From an uncultured delta proteobacterium (GTDB lineage: Bacteria > Desulfobacterota > Binatia > Binatales > Binataceae): a DNA stretch of 64,000 nucleotides. Below the pieces are notes generated by a model. It was given only the letters and a program-made list of their open reading frames with translations, did no database searches and was not told where the DNA came from. Made by a program: the position numbers and the translations under genes. Positions 9,934 to 18,875 of this stretch are shown piece by piece. The stretch's first letter is position 1, and every line of letters starts with the position of its first letter. The stretch covers positions 583,505 through 647,504 of the forward strand of contig CAWILO010000022.1 in the NCBI GenBank assembly GCA_963836955.1, read 5' to 3'.

Positions 9934-10395
9934 TCACGTTTCAATCGCGACTTCAGTTGCATCCTGGGTTGGATTCGAGACTTTCAACTTTTTCCTCGAT
10001 CGAGACTTCTTGACGGAAGTTCGCAATGACACTCGCGGCTGATCAGCCGTGGTAATCGTGTGTAGATCCTGCACGTCGTTGAGTCCGGCCCCGCTTTCCT
10101 CGGGTTTGGCCAAAATCGCGCTCGGAACAAAATTCGGTCGATCGTCACCTTTCAGGTAGGGATCACGAAGTTCAAGATAACGCATTCGGGTGGTGCTGAT
10201 GCCAACGAAGGCTGGTCCGTCGATTCCGTTTTTTCCGGTCGAGCGACACTCGAAGCGGGCATTGATCATCGGAAAGGTTTCCAGAACGGTGATGGACAAC
10301 ACGGATCCGGGCCACCACCTGCCTTTGCCCACCCGAACGATCCAGACCCAGACAGGAGTATCTGGACCGAGTTCGCAGACCTGATGAACATCCAT
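9934..10395 (-). CDS. Hypothetical protein, PWWP/Tudor-like barrel with basic tail (paralog 1)
   Basis: PDTPVWVW..GRWWPG..ARFECR..MRYLELRDP; GGAGG RBS. Confidence 0.7.
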   Translation of the reverse strand: MDVHQVCELGPDTPVWVWIVRVGKGRWWPGSVLSITVLETFPMINARFECRSTGKNGIDGPAFVGISTTRMRYLELRDPYLKGDDRPNFVPSAILAKPEESGAGLNDVQDLHTITTADQPRVSLRTSVKKSRSRKKLKVSNPTQDATEVAIET

Positions 10396-10519
10396 TTTGC
10401 TATTTTCCCTCCGCCTCAGTTTCGTAGGTAGTGACCCTCAGTTCACAGCGAAATTTCGAAATACGATCGATGGGAAGCTTTGTCCTGATCGAGATCTGTT
10501 CGAGTCCACAGGTCATGAC

Positions 10520-12337
10520 CTAGGCCTTCACGGATGAAGAGCGTTCGGTTTCCCAGTTCTGTTCCAATCCGGCTCTGAGAGCTTCCCGCTGTACCTCAAG
10601 TTGGGGCGGATGTGTCTCACCAATACCTGCGAAAAATTGTTCCTGGAGATCCAATTCCGGTAGCCACTCGTCGGGCCTGATGGCCATCGCCAGCGCGAGC
10701 CTTTCGTTTGGCATGTCCAGGCCTGACAGATCCGAATCTGCCACACGCGGCATGAATCCGATGGGGGTCTCGTTCGCGGTAACCCGTCCTCGTGCTCGCT
10801 CGACTATCCACTTGAGCACGCGCATGTTTTCGCTGTATCCGGGCCAGAGAAAGGAACCGTCGCGATCCTTTCTGAACCAGTTCACCATGAAGATGCGGGG
10901 AGGGTGTCTGAGTTTCCCTCCGATCGCGAGCCAGTGGGCAAAGTAATCGCCCATGTTGTAGCCACAGAATGGCAGCATCGCCATCGGATCGCGCCGGATT
11001 ATGCCGACCTGTCCGTTGGCAGCAGCCGTCGTTTCAGAACCCATTGTCGCACCTAGATAGACACCGTGGGTCCAGTCAAATGATTCGAATACCAGCGGCA
11101 CGGTCGAAGCACGACGTCCGCCGAAAATGATCGCTGAGATACGCACGCCCTGCGGATCGTCGGCGCTGGGTGACAGAGCGGGATTGTTTCGCATCGGAGT
11201 GGTAAATCGACTGTTCGGATGCGCCGCCTTGTCGCCCGACCCTTTTCGCCACGGGCGCCCTTGCCAGTCGAGCATCCCATCAACTGGGTCTTGGTCCATG
11301 CCTTCCCACCAGACGTCGCCATCGGGTGTCATCGCAACATTGGTGAAGATCGTATCGCGCTTGACCATCTCCATGGCGTTGGGATTTGAGCTAACACTGG
11401 TGTCCGGAGCGACGCCGAAATAGCCGGCTTCTGGATTGACGGCCCAAAGCGTTCCGTCGGGCGCTACTCGCATCCAGGCAATGTCGTCGCCAACAGTGAA
11501 AACACGCCATCCGCCGAGGGACTTTGGCGGATGTAGCATTGCCAGGTTGGTCTTTCCGCACGCGCTCGGAAACGCCGCGGCAACGTAGGTAACCTCTCCC
11601 TGAGGACTTTCGACTCCAAGTATCAGCATGTGTTCGGCCAGCCAACCCTCTTTCCTGCCGAGATAGCTGGCTATCCTGAGGGCGAAACACTTCTTGCTAA
11701 GAAGCGCGTTGCCACCATATCCGCTTCCCACAGACCAGACTGTGTTGTCCTGAGGAAAGTGACATATGAGTCGCCGCTTAGGGTCGAGGTCGAGGGTGCA
11801 GTGTAACCCTCGACTGAAGTCTCCGGATTCGCCCAGCAGGTCAAGAGCTATGCGGCCCATCCGGGTCATGATTCTCATGTTCAGGACGACATAAAGGCTG
11901 TCGGTCAATTCGACTCCCACCTTCGCGAAAGGGGAGCCAACAGGTCCCAGGATGTAGGGAACCACATACATGGTCCGCCCACGCATCGAGCCTTTGAGCC
12001 ATGCGCCCAGCTTTCCGTAAGCCTCGTCAGGCGCCATCCAGTTATTAGTGGGGCCGGCCTCGTCTTTGCTAGGCGTACAAATGAAGGTGAGATCCTCGGC
12101 GCGTGCAACGTCATTGGGGTTCGATCGATGTAGATAGCAGCCTGGCCGCTTGTTTTGGTTGAGTGGAATCAGAGAACCAGTGGCGACAGCAAGTTCGGTC
12201 AGACGCTGCCTCTCCAGCTCGCTACCGTCGCACCAAACAATTCGCTCCGCCTTGGTAAACCAGGCCATCTCGGAAACCCAGTCGAAGAGTTCACGACTTC
12301 TGGTGGAGGACTTTGCGAGCTGACTGCGGTTGGTCAT
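10520..12337 (-). CDS. pckG: Phosphoenolpyruvate carboxykinase (GTP)
   Basis: GSGYGGNALL, WLAEHML, AFPSACGKTNLAM, VGDDIAW, AHPNSRF, RDPMAMLPFCGYNM, NWFRK. Confidence 0.96.
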   Translation of the reverse strand: MTNRSQLAKSSTRSRELFDWVSEMAWFTKAERIVWCDGSELERQRLTELAVATGSLIPLNQNKRPGCYLHRSNPNDVARAEDLTFICTPSKDEAGPTNNWMAPDEAYGKLGAWLKGSMRGRTMYVVPYILGPVGSPFAKVGVELTDSLYVVLNMRIMTRMGRIALDLLGESGDFSRGLHCTLDLDPKRRLICHFPQDNTVWSVGSGYGGNALLSKKCFALRIASYLGRKEGWLAEHMLILGVESPQGEVTYVAAAFPSACGKTNLAMLHPPKSLGGWRVFTVGDDIAWMRVAPDGTLWAVNPEAGYFGVAPDTSVSSNPNAMEMVKRDTIFTNVAMTPDGDVWWEGMDQDPVDGMLDWQGRPWRKGSGDKAAHPNSRFTTPMRNNPALSPSADDPQGVRISAIIFGGRRASTVPLVFESFDWTHGVYLGATMGSETTAAANGQVGIIRRDPMAMLPFCGYNMGDYFAHWLAIGGKLRHPPRIFMVNWFRKDRDGSFLWPGYSENMRVLKWIVERARGRVTANETPIGFMPRVADSDLSGLDMPNERLALAMAIRPDEWLPELDLQEQFFAGIGETHPPQLEVQREALRAGLEQNWETERSSSVKA

Positions 12338-12347
12338 GGTAGTTTAC

Positions 12348-13103
12348 TCAGCCCTCAGTTGCCGCCGAGATACCCAAATCTCGTTCGGCGTCAGACAGCG
12401 CTGCGAAGATTGAGTCGGCGGTGACGGCGGCCATTAAGGTTTGCAGCGTTTCAGGTCGTGAACACATCTGCGGGAGCTTTGCCAGCCAGGGAAGGTGCAG
12501 TTCGTGATATTTAAGGCCGAGTACGAAAAACAGATGAGTGGGCTTACCGTCGAGAGCGTCGAAATCGACACCGCCAAGCGATCGGCCGAAGACCATGAAC
12601 GGTTTGACTACGTGCTCGGGATAGCGATTGAGCGTATGCAGGAAGGCGAGTCCGTTACCGGTCGCGCTCGGCATGATATTCTCGCGCTCGATAAGAGCGC
12701 CAACGAACCAGTTCTTGTCCCTCACGAGATTCAGTCGGCTAGCCAGATTCGCGAGTTCCTCGATGACGCCGGTTTTCGTGTTGGCCTCAAGCTCAGGAAT
12801 TATGTGGCTGGTCTGAAAGCAGCTCGCGAGATTCAGCATTCGACGAGCTGCAGGCGCGCCTCTTGAAATGTCGATGCTCCTTGGCGTGACTCCCAGCATT
12901 TGATCGTCGAGCCAAGCGTCGAGCATCGCCTTACGGAACCGCCATTGGTTACCGATTCTGACTCCGGGTAACTCACCCTCGGATACCAATTTGAGCACCG
13001 TTCGTTCGTTGACGTTCAGGTAAGATGCAAGTTGCCGGACGGTCATCAGCCTATCGTTGGAATCAGAGGCATTTTCCGTTGTTTTACGGATAATGTTTGA
13101 CAT
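12348..13103 (-). CDS. Excisionase-type HTH fused to PTS EIIA (Ntr/Fru-type) domain
   Basis: MTVRQLASYLNVNERTV..GNQWRF; ERENIMPSATGNGLAFLH; GVDFDALDGKPTHLFF. Confidence 0.88.
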   Translation of the reverse strand: MSNIIRKTTENASDSNDRLMTVRQLASYLNVNERTVLKLVSEGELPGVRIGNQWRFRKAMLDAWLDDQMLGVTPRSIDISRGAPAARRMLNLASCFQTSHIIPELEANTKTGVIEELANLASRLNLVRDKNWFVGALIERENIMPSATGNGLAFLHTLNRYPEHVVKPFMVFGRSLGGVDFDALDGKPTHLFFVLGLKYHELHLPWLAKLPQMCSRPETLQTLMAAVTADSIFAALSDAERDLGISAATEG

Positions 13104-13206
13104 GGTCCTCAGAATACGTAAAAATGCGGAGAAATACAACCAATTACAGAGAAGCTCGTTACTTGGAAGAAACTCTCGTGCCCGTTTGTCCTGAGGTGAA
13201 GTAAAA

Positions 13207-13734
13207 GTGGGAGGCGATCGAAATGGCGCTGCCGTCCTGTGCTGGACGAAGGCTTACCGGATTGGTGACTATCTGAGCAATGTGAACCGCTTCCGCGACT
13301 CAAGGCCCCCGGAATCGGCTGGCGTATATGTTGTATCCAAGCGTCCGTGGGAAGAAATGCCCAGCAAGTCCTCGGGAGTCGTCGTTTACGTAGGTCAGGC
13401 GAGATACCTCCGCAGCCGAATTGGAGCACTGCTGTGCGACTTACTGGGATTTACCGGCGACGAATACAGCGACGGAGAAGCCTATGAGCATGGTGGCGGA
13501 CACTTTCTGTGGCACTATTACTGTATCGCTCGCGCCGTTGAGCCTTCGAACCTTTACATCGGGTGGTGCTCACCGTGCATATGTCTCGACTGCGCGGAAG
13601 CCAAACTACGCGAGTTAATGGATATCCGGTGGAACTGGTACCCTACGCGGTCGTGTGAACATCACAAACCGGTTCTAGAATTATTCCACAATTGCGCCAC
13701 TTCTATTCCTCCGTCGGCTGGCTCAGGGCGGTAG
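13207..13734 (+). CDS. GIY-YIG-like nuclease-domain protein
   Basis: SAGVYVV...VVYVGQA..LRSRI matches the GIY-YIG pattern; Cys cluster near the C-terminus. Confidence 0.55.
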   Translation: MGGDRNGAAVLCWTKAYRIGDYLSNVNRFRDSRPPESAGVYVVSKRPWEEMPSKSSGVVVYVGQARYLRSRIGALLCDLLGFTGDEYSDGEAYEHGGGHFLWHYYCIARAVEPSNLYIGWCSPCICLDCAEAKLRELMDIRWNWYPTRSCEHHKPVLELFHNCATSIPPSAGSGR

Positions 13735-13818
13735 CAGTACCGCCAAGAACTGAGCGGTTTCTGGGATTCTCAACCATCTCAAGATCAACAAATGTCCGCG
13801 TGGCGGGGGAATGCGTTT

Positions 13819-14020
13819 GTGCAGTTGAACGTCAGAGAAGTGTCGAAACTGCTTAAGGTTTCGGAGAAGAGAGTCTACGACTGGATCAAGCGCGGAATCC
13901 TCCGGGCCGAACGGGTTAACGATCAGTACCGAATGCATCGCAGCGATTTGCTGGAACAGACATCCTCGCGACATTGCCGCGCAGATCTTTGAAGCTCCCT
14001 CGACAACCGGATTATCTGTC
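13819..14020 (+). pseudogene. Truncated excisionase-type HTH (N-terminus of a second HTH-EIIA-like gene)
   Basis: VQLNVREVSKLLKVSEKRVYDWIKRG..RVNDQYR; no downstream EIIA domain recognisable. Confidence 0.65.
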
Positions 14021-15079
14021 TGTCGGGCAAGCGTTCCGCGCAACTCGTGCAACCCGATGAGAAGGGACTGAAACGGGCGGTCACCCCTCACGGTGAATAC
14101 GGTCAGAAACCGCCATGATAGAGAGACCTACGACGCGCCGCGGGTTCGCAGTTCCGCGACTCCCGTCGATTGCATCGTCATTCAACACTCATTGAGGACT
14201 GCCGAGGATCAGCTCGCAAGGAGGTATAGCCGAGAGGTGTGGAAATAGGGAAAAGGCGATGTAGCCTTCCGGGTTGACGAGACCCAGCCGGAGAACCGGC
14301 AGGAAGGAGGACACCGCCATGGAGAGCATAAACCGAGCAGAGCGCCGCCGGTCAAGAAGAGAGTTAGCGAAGCGCCCACAGTGGGGAACCCTCGAGGAAT
14401 TTACTCGGTGCAGGATTCAGAGCTGGCTGCAGGATGTGCTGGAGGAGGAGGTCACCGAGTTGCTCGGCCGGGGCAAGTCGGAGCGGCGCGCGGTGGTGGA
14501 TGCGCCAGCAGGATACCGCAACGGGCACGGCAAGACGCGGCGATTGTCGATGATGGTCGGCACCATCGAAGTGAAGCGACCGCGAGTTCGAGGTTTGGAA
14601 CAGCGCTTCGAGAGCAGGCTACTGCCGCTGTTTGTGCGCCGGACCGAAGCGGTCAGCGAGCTTTTACCCCAGCTTTACCTTCACGGGCTCGCCCAAGGAG
14701 ATTTCGAGCTGGCGTTGCGCGGACTGCTCGGCGACGGTGCGCCGCTCTCGGCATCGTCGATCGAGCGGCTGCGGGCGAAGTGGCAACTGGAGTACGCGGC
14801 GTGGCGAAGCCGGCGGTTGGATAAGCTCGAAGTAGTGTACGTCTGGGCCGATGGTCTCTATGTGAAAGCGGGTCTTGAGGATAGCAAGGCCGCGCTGCTG
14901 GTGATCGTGGGAGCCTTACGGGACGGGCGCAAAGTGGTGCTGGCGATTGAAAGCGGACAGCGCGAATCGAAGGAATCGTGGGCGCGGGTGCTGCGCGATC
15001 TGTTCGCTCGCGGGCTGAGACCGTGGCGGGCCACGGTGGCCGATGGACACTTGGGGATCTGGTCGGCGCTGGGCGAGGT

Positions 15080-16560
15080 GGAGTTGTCAGGAATTTCGTG
15101 TTTGAGCCAGTGGTTGATGAGCGAAGCAGTCGTGTCAAGCGACTGCTAACTACCTGCTGAGCCGGAGCGGCGGTCGCAGTCAAGGGCGGCGTCAGCCGGC
15201 GCGCGCAGCGCGCGAACCCTTGACGGCGTGCTGACGCGGAGGCTATCCGGCGCTGTATCACAGAGCGCATTTTAGTCTGCCACCACGAAGCGGTCCTCGA
15301 ACTGGATCGCCAGCTGGGTCTTGGCAGCCTGCCACGAAATCGGCGGATTTTTCCAGCGCGCCTGAACCTTGCGCAGCACCAGCCAAATGAGTTTGGTTGC
15401 CGCCTCCTCGCTGGGAAAATGCCCGCGGATTCTTACCGCCTTGCGCACCTGCGCGTTGAGGCTCTCGATCGCGTTGGTAGTGTAGAGGATCTTTCTGACT
15501 TCGGGGGCGAAGGCGAAGAATGGAATCACCTGCTCCCAGTTGCGCCGCCAGCTCTGCGCGATCGCCGGATATTTCTGACCCCACGGCCCGCGGTCGAAAT
15601 CCTCCAGCCGCTCGCGCGCCATCGCGGCCGACTCGGCCCGGTAGACCGGTTTGAGCGCTGCTGCGACCGCCCGGTGTTCCTTCCACGAGGCGAACTGCAT
15701 CGAGTAACGGATCAGATGCACGATGCAGGTCTGGACCACGGTCTTGGGAAAGACCGAAGTTATCGCTTCGGGAAATCCTTTGAGTCCGTCGACCACCGCG
15801 ATCAGGATGTCCTGCAGGCCGCGGTTGCGCAGTTCGCTCATCACCCGCAGCCAGAACTTCGCCCCCTCGGTCTGTTCGATCCATATGCCGAGGATTTCCT
15901 TGTGGCCCGAGCAGCGAACCCCGATCGCCAGGTACACCGCCCGGTTGCTGACCAGACCTTCGTTGCGGATTTTTACCCGCAGCGCGTCGAAGAAGACGAT
16001 CGCGTAGGTCGAGTCCAGGCCGCGGCTCTGCCACGCCGCTACCTCCTCGAGCACCGCATCGGTTACCGCGCTGACCAGGTCCGGCGAGATCTCGGCCCCG
16101 TAGAGCTCGCCGATATGCTCGGCGATCTCGCGGGTGGTCATCCCGCGCGCGTACAGCGCGATGATCTTGTCGTCGAAGCCAGGGAACCGCCGCCGGTACT
16201 TGCCGATCAGCACCGGGTCGAAGCGCCCCTGACGATCGCGCGGGATCGCAAGCTCCAGCCGGCCGCTGTCGGTTAGAACGGTCTTGCTGCTGTAGCCGTT
16301 GCGGTGATTGCCGGCTTGTTCCTCCGCCTCCCCGCCCAGATGATGATCCATCTCGCCATTGAGCATCCTCTCCGCCAGCCGCTTCTTCAGTTCATCGACC
16401 AGGCCGCCGCTCTCGAACACCGTCGCCGGGTCGCGCCCCGCCAAAAGCTGATCCACCACCTCATCCGCGATTCCATTTTCTCTGCTCGCTGCCATACTTC
16501 TTCCTCCCGCCCTGTCCGGGCGTCATTGTATGGCTCGAACACAAAATTTCCGACACACTC
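15080..16560 (-). mobile_element. IS256-family element (different subtype), nested
   Basis: ~30-bp imperfect IRs (..TGTC.G.AATTT.GTGTT.GAGCCA); no TSD visible. Confidence 0.92.
15272..16495 (-). CDS. IS256-family (Mutator-like) transposase, intact
   Basis: RNGY, PRDR, FFDAL, VVDGLKGF, QTCIVHLIR, YTTNAIESLN. Confidence 0.95.
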   Translation of the reverse strand: MAASRENGIADEVVDQLLAGRDPATVFESGGLVDELKKRLAERMLNGEMDHHLGGEAEEQAGNHRNGYSSKTVLTDSGRLELAIPRDRQGRFDPVLIGKYRRRFPGFDDKIIALYARGMTTREIAEHIGELYGAEISPDLVSAVTDAVLEEVAAWQSRGLDSTYAIVFFDALRVKIRNEGLVSNRAVYLAIGVRCSGHKEILGIWIEQTEGAKFWLRVMSELRNRGLQDILIAVVDGLKGFPEAITSVFPKTVVQTCIVHLIRYSMQFASWKEHRAVAAALKPVYRAESAAMARERLEDFDRGPWGQKYPAIAQSWRRNWEQVIPFFAFAPEVRKILYTTNAIESLNAQVRKAVRIRGHFPSEEAATKLIWLVLRKVQARWKNPPISWQAAKTQLAIQFEDRFVVAD

Positions 16561-17240
16561 ACTACGCCGTAAGCCGAGCTGAATGCGAGCGGTTGCGCGA
16601 TCAGTTTGCCACCCGCTATCGGCAACTGTGCCCCAAGGCGGTCGAGACGCTGAGCCGCGACTGGGAGCGGATGGTGACCTTCTATCGCTTTCCGAAGGAT
16701 CATTGGATCCACCTGCGCACCACCAATCCGGTCGAATCGCCATTCTCAGCGGTGCGGCTAAGAACCGACGCCGCCAGGCGTTACAAGAAGGTCGCCAACG
16801 CCGAGGCCTTGATCTGGAAGATCCTGATGATTGCGGAGAAGAAATTCCGCCGCCTCAACTCGCCCGAACTACTCGCGGAAGTTTACGATGGACAACTATT
16901 CGAGGACGGAATGCCAGTAAATGAAACCACCCCGAAGCGCCGCGCCGCCTGATCTCGTTTACACACCTATTGCGGTGACCTCCTCGCAAGTACCAAACAA
17001 CTCTGTTTGTGTCGGCGGTACCCCCAAAAGCGTCTTCGCGCACGACACTCTCTACAGACTTAGCGAGACATGAGGTCGCAATCCGACTGTGGGGGAATTT
17101 GTGGGGACCCTCGGTCACATTTGATATCACTGTGTAGCTGCAGTCGTCCTTTTCAAAATACGGGAAAACCCTTCGCGCACAATGAGTACATGCTTATCCG
17201 GTGATACGGAGCAATACCGGTGAAAACCTGCCCTCAACGC

Positions 17241-17285
17241 CTGTTAACCGTCATGTCGCTGGTTCGAATCCGGCCCGGGGAGCCA
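17241..17285 (+). tRNA. 3' fragment of tRNA-Asn(GTT), att-site remnant rather than a complete tRNA
   Basis: CTGTTAA anticodon loop, GCTGG-TTCGAAT-CCGGC T-arm, CCGGGGAG-CCA end; no 5' acceptor strand or D-arm upstream. Confidence 0.85.
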
Positions 17286-17374
17286 CGTTCCGCTCATACG
17301 GCGGATCAACTCACGGAGAGCTCCGCGATTACTTCCAGCGCCAGCAGGCGCGGACCCCGCGTCGATGCCAGCGC

Positions 17375-17466
17375 AGCACAGTCAGGCTTGACGATGACTA
17401 TGGCATCCAACGCCGAGGGGAAGAGCCGGGGCAGCCAAAACGAGAGTCAGGCGATCGATGCCCTTG
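17375..17466 (-). pseudogene. Tiny fragment of an integrase-core (rve) transposase N-terminus
   Basis: Frameshifted IDRLTLV/WLPRLFPSALDAIVIVKP, resembling LWIWLYRLWPGCLEAMVLVKP of the 62.3-63.3 kb transposase. Confidence 0.45.
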
Positions 17467-17619
17467 TCGAGCGCACCACATGCGTGACAACCTCGGCCAC
17501 ACGAGCGCGCCGGCATAGTGCTCCGTTTACCGGCGCGCGCCGATTGAGAATAGAGTACGCCTCCCCACTGACCGAACGTCGGGCCAACGTGTGCAGCCGA
17601 GGCCGATTGGAGTGACGCG

Positions 17620-18647
17620 ATGCCAAAAAAACCTCGGTCCGAAAACCGCGCATTGATGACCGCAAACTCTGGGATGTCGTGTTTTCCGTATACGGCGCGC
17701 CGGCCGTGCTCCTTGCGCACAAACTTAAAGTCTTTCCGTTTCTCGCCGAAAAGCCGCGCTCGTTCGCCGAGATTTGCGAGCATCTCAACCTTGCCGTCCG
17801 ACCGACCGAAACGATTCTAGCCGCCAACGCGGCTCTGGGATTTGTAAAACTCAAGAGTGGCCGCTACACACCCACTCCGCTCTGCGAAGACTATTTGCTC
17901 GAAGGAAGTCCCACCTACTTTGGCAGCTACTTCGACCTGATCATCAACAACTATTCGGTTTGCTCAATCGAGAGCCTGGAGAAAGCAATCCGCTCAGACT
18001 CGCCGCAAGTTTACGGCGGCGTCGAACTCTTCAAATTCCACGAAGAGCAAGCCAACCTCGCAAGGTCGTTTACTCGCGCCATGCACAGTATCAGCATGGC
18101 GCCAGCGCTCGCGTGGCCGAGTGCAATTGATTTGTCCAAGTACAAGCGGATGCTCGATGTTGCTGGCGGCTCCGGCGCTCATAGTATCGGCGCAGTGACG
18201 CGATGGCCGAAGCTGAGCGCGACCGTCTTTGATATTGCACCCGTCTGCGAGGTTGCGAACGAAATCTGCCAACAGGCCGGCCTGCAGAATCGCATCAGCA
18301 CACACATCGGCGACATGTGGAATGATCCGTTTCCACCGGCAGATATCCACTTCTATTCCTACATCTACCACGACTGGCCGCCCGACAAATGCCGTCTCCT
18401 GAGCAGCAAGAGCTTCGAGAGTCTTAATCCGGGAGGAAGGTTGATTGTCCACGAAGTGCTTTACAACAAGGACAAGACCGGTCCGTTCGCGGCTGCCGCA
18501 TACACCATGATAATGCTCGGATGGACGACCGGAAGGCAGTACTCCGGACACGAGCTTTCGGAAATGCTGCGTGAGGCGGGTTTCAAAGATATCAGAGTCA
18601 AGCCGACGTTTGGCTACTTGAGCATCGTTACGGGCGTGAAGCGATAG
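17620..18647 (+). CDS. SAM-dependent O-methyltransferase (Methyltransf_2 type with dimerisation domain)
   Basis: MLDVAGGSG, GDMW, YIYHDW, LNPGGRL. The ATG at 17620 is out of frame by one A in an A7 run; the fallback start is 17679. Confidence 0.9.
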
Positions 18648-18739
18648 CGCCTCTGAACCGTCATGCTCACCCCTGGTGGGGCCGACCGAGGACGGAATAC
18701 GGCCCCCTCAAATCCTGCCTCAAGCTGACTAAATTCAGC

Positions 18740-18841
18740 CTAGTCGGCGAAGCACAGCGCACCGACTTCCTCCAGAACGCGCCGGAACTCAGGCGGAGGT
18801 GCGACGCACATGGTTCGATACGTATCCAGGAAGGGGAGCCA
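18740..18841 (-). repeat. att-like repeat 1 (encodes WLPFLDTYRTMCVAPPPEFRRVLEEVGALCFAD*)
   Basis: Direct repeat of 21860-21955 and 22741-22841; ends in GGGGAGCCA(C) like the tRNA fragment. Confidence 0.9.
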
Positions 18842-18875
18842 CACTAATCGAGCGCATCGCATTCGAGGCATCTGT

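Larger units (their letters stand above)
14221..16982 (+). mobile_element. IS256-family element (copy 1), interrupted by a second IS256
   Basis: Imperfect IRs GAGGT..AGGTGTG.AAA; 8-bp TSD CTCGCAAG (14213-14220 / 16983-16990); near-identical to the copy at 42650-44040. Confidence 0.95.

Noticed and set aside
17210-17285. Complete tRNA-Asn gene
   Set aside because: There is no 5' acceptor strand complementary to CCGGGGA and no D-arm, and the anticodon stem is broken on its 5' side; only the 3' half is present.
17488-17518. HMRDNLGHTS tyrosine-integrase box II-like peptide
   Set aside because: Only about 10 codons with no flanking homology; too short to call.
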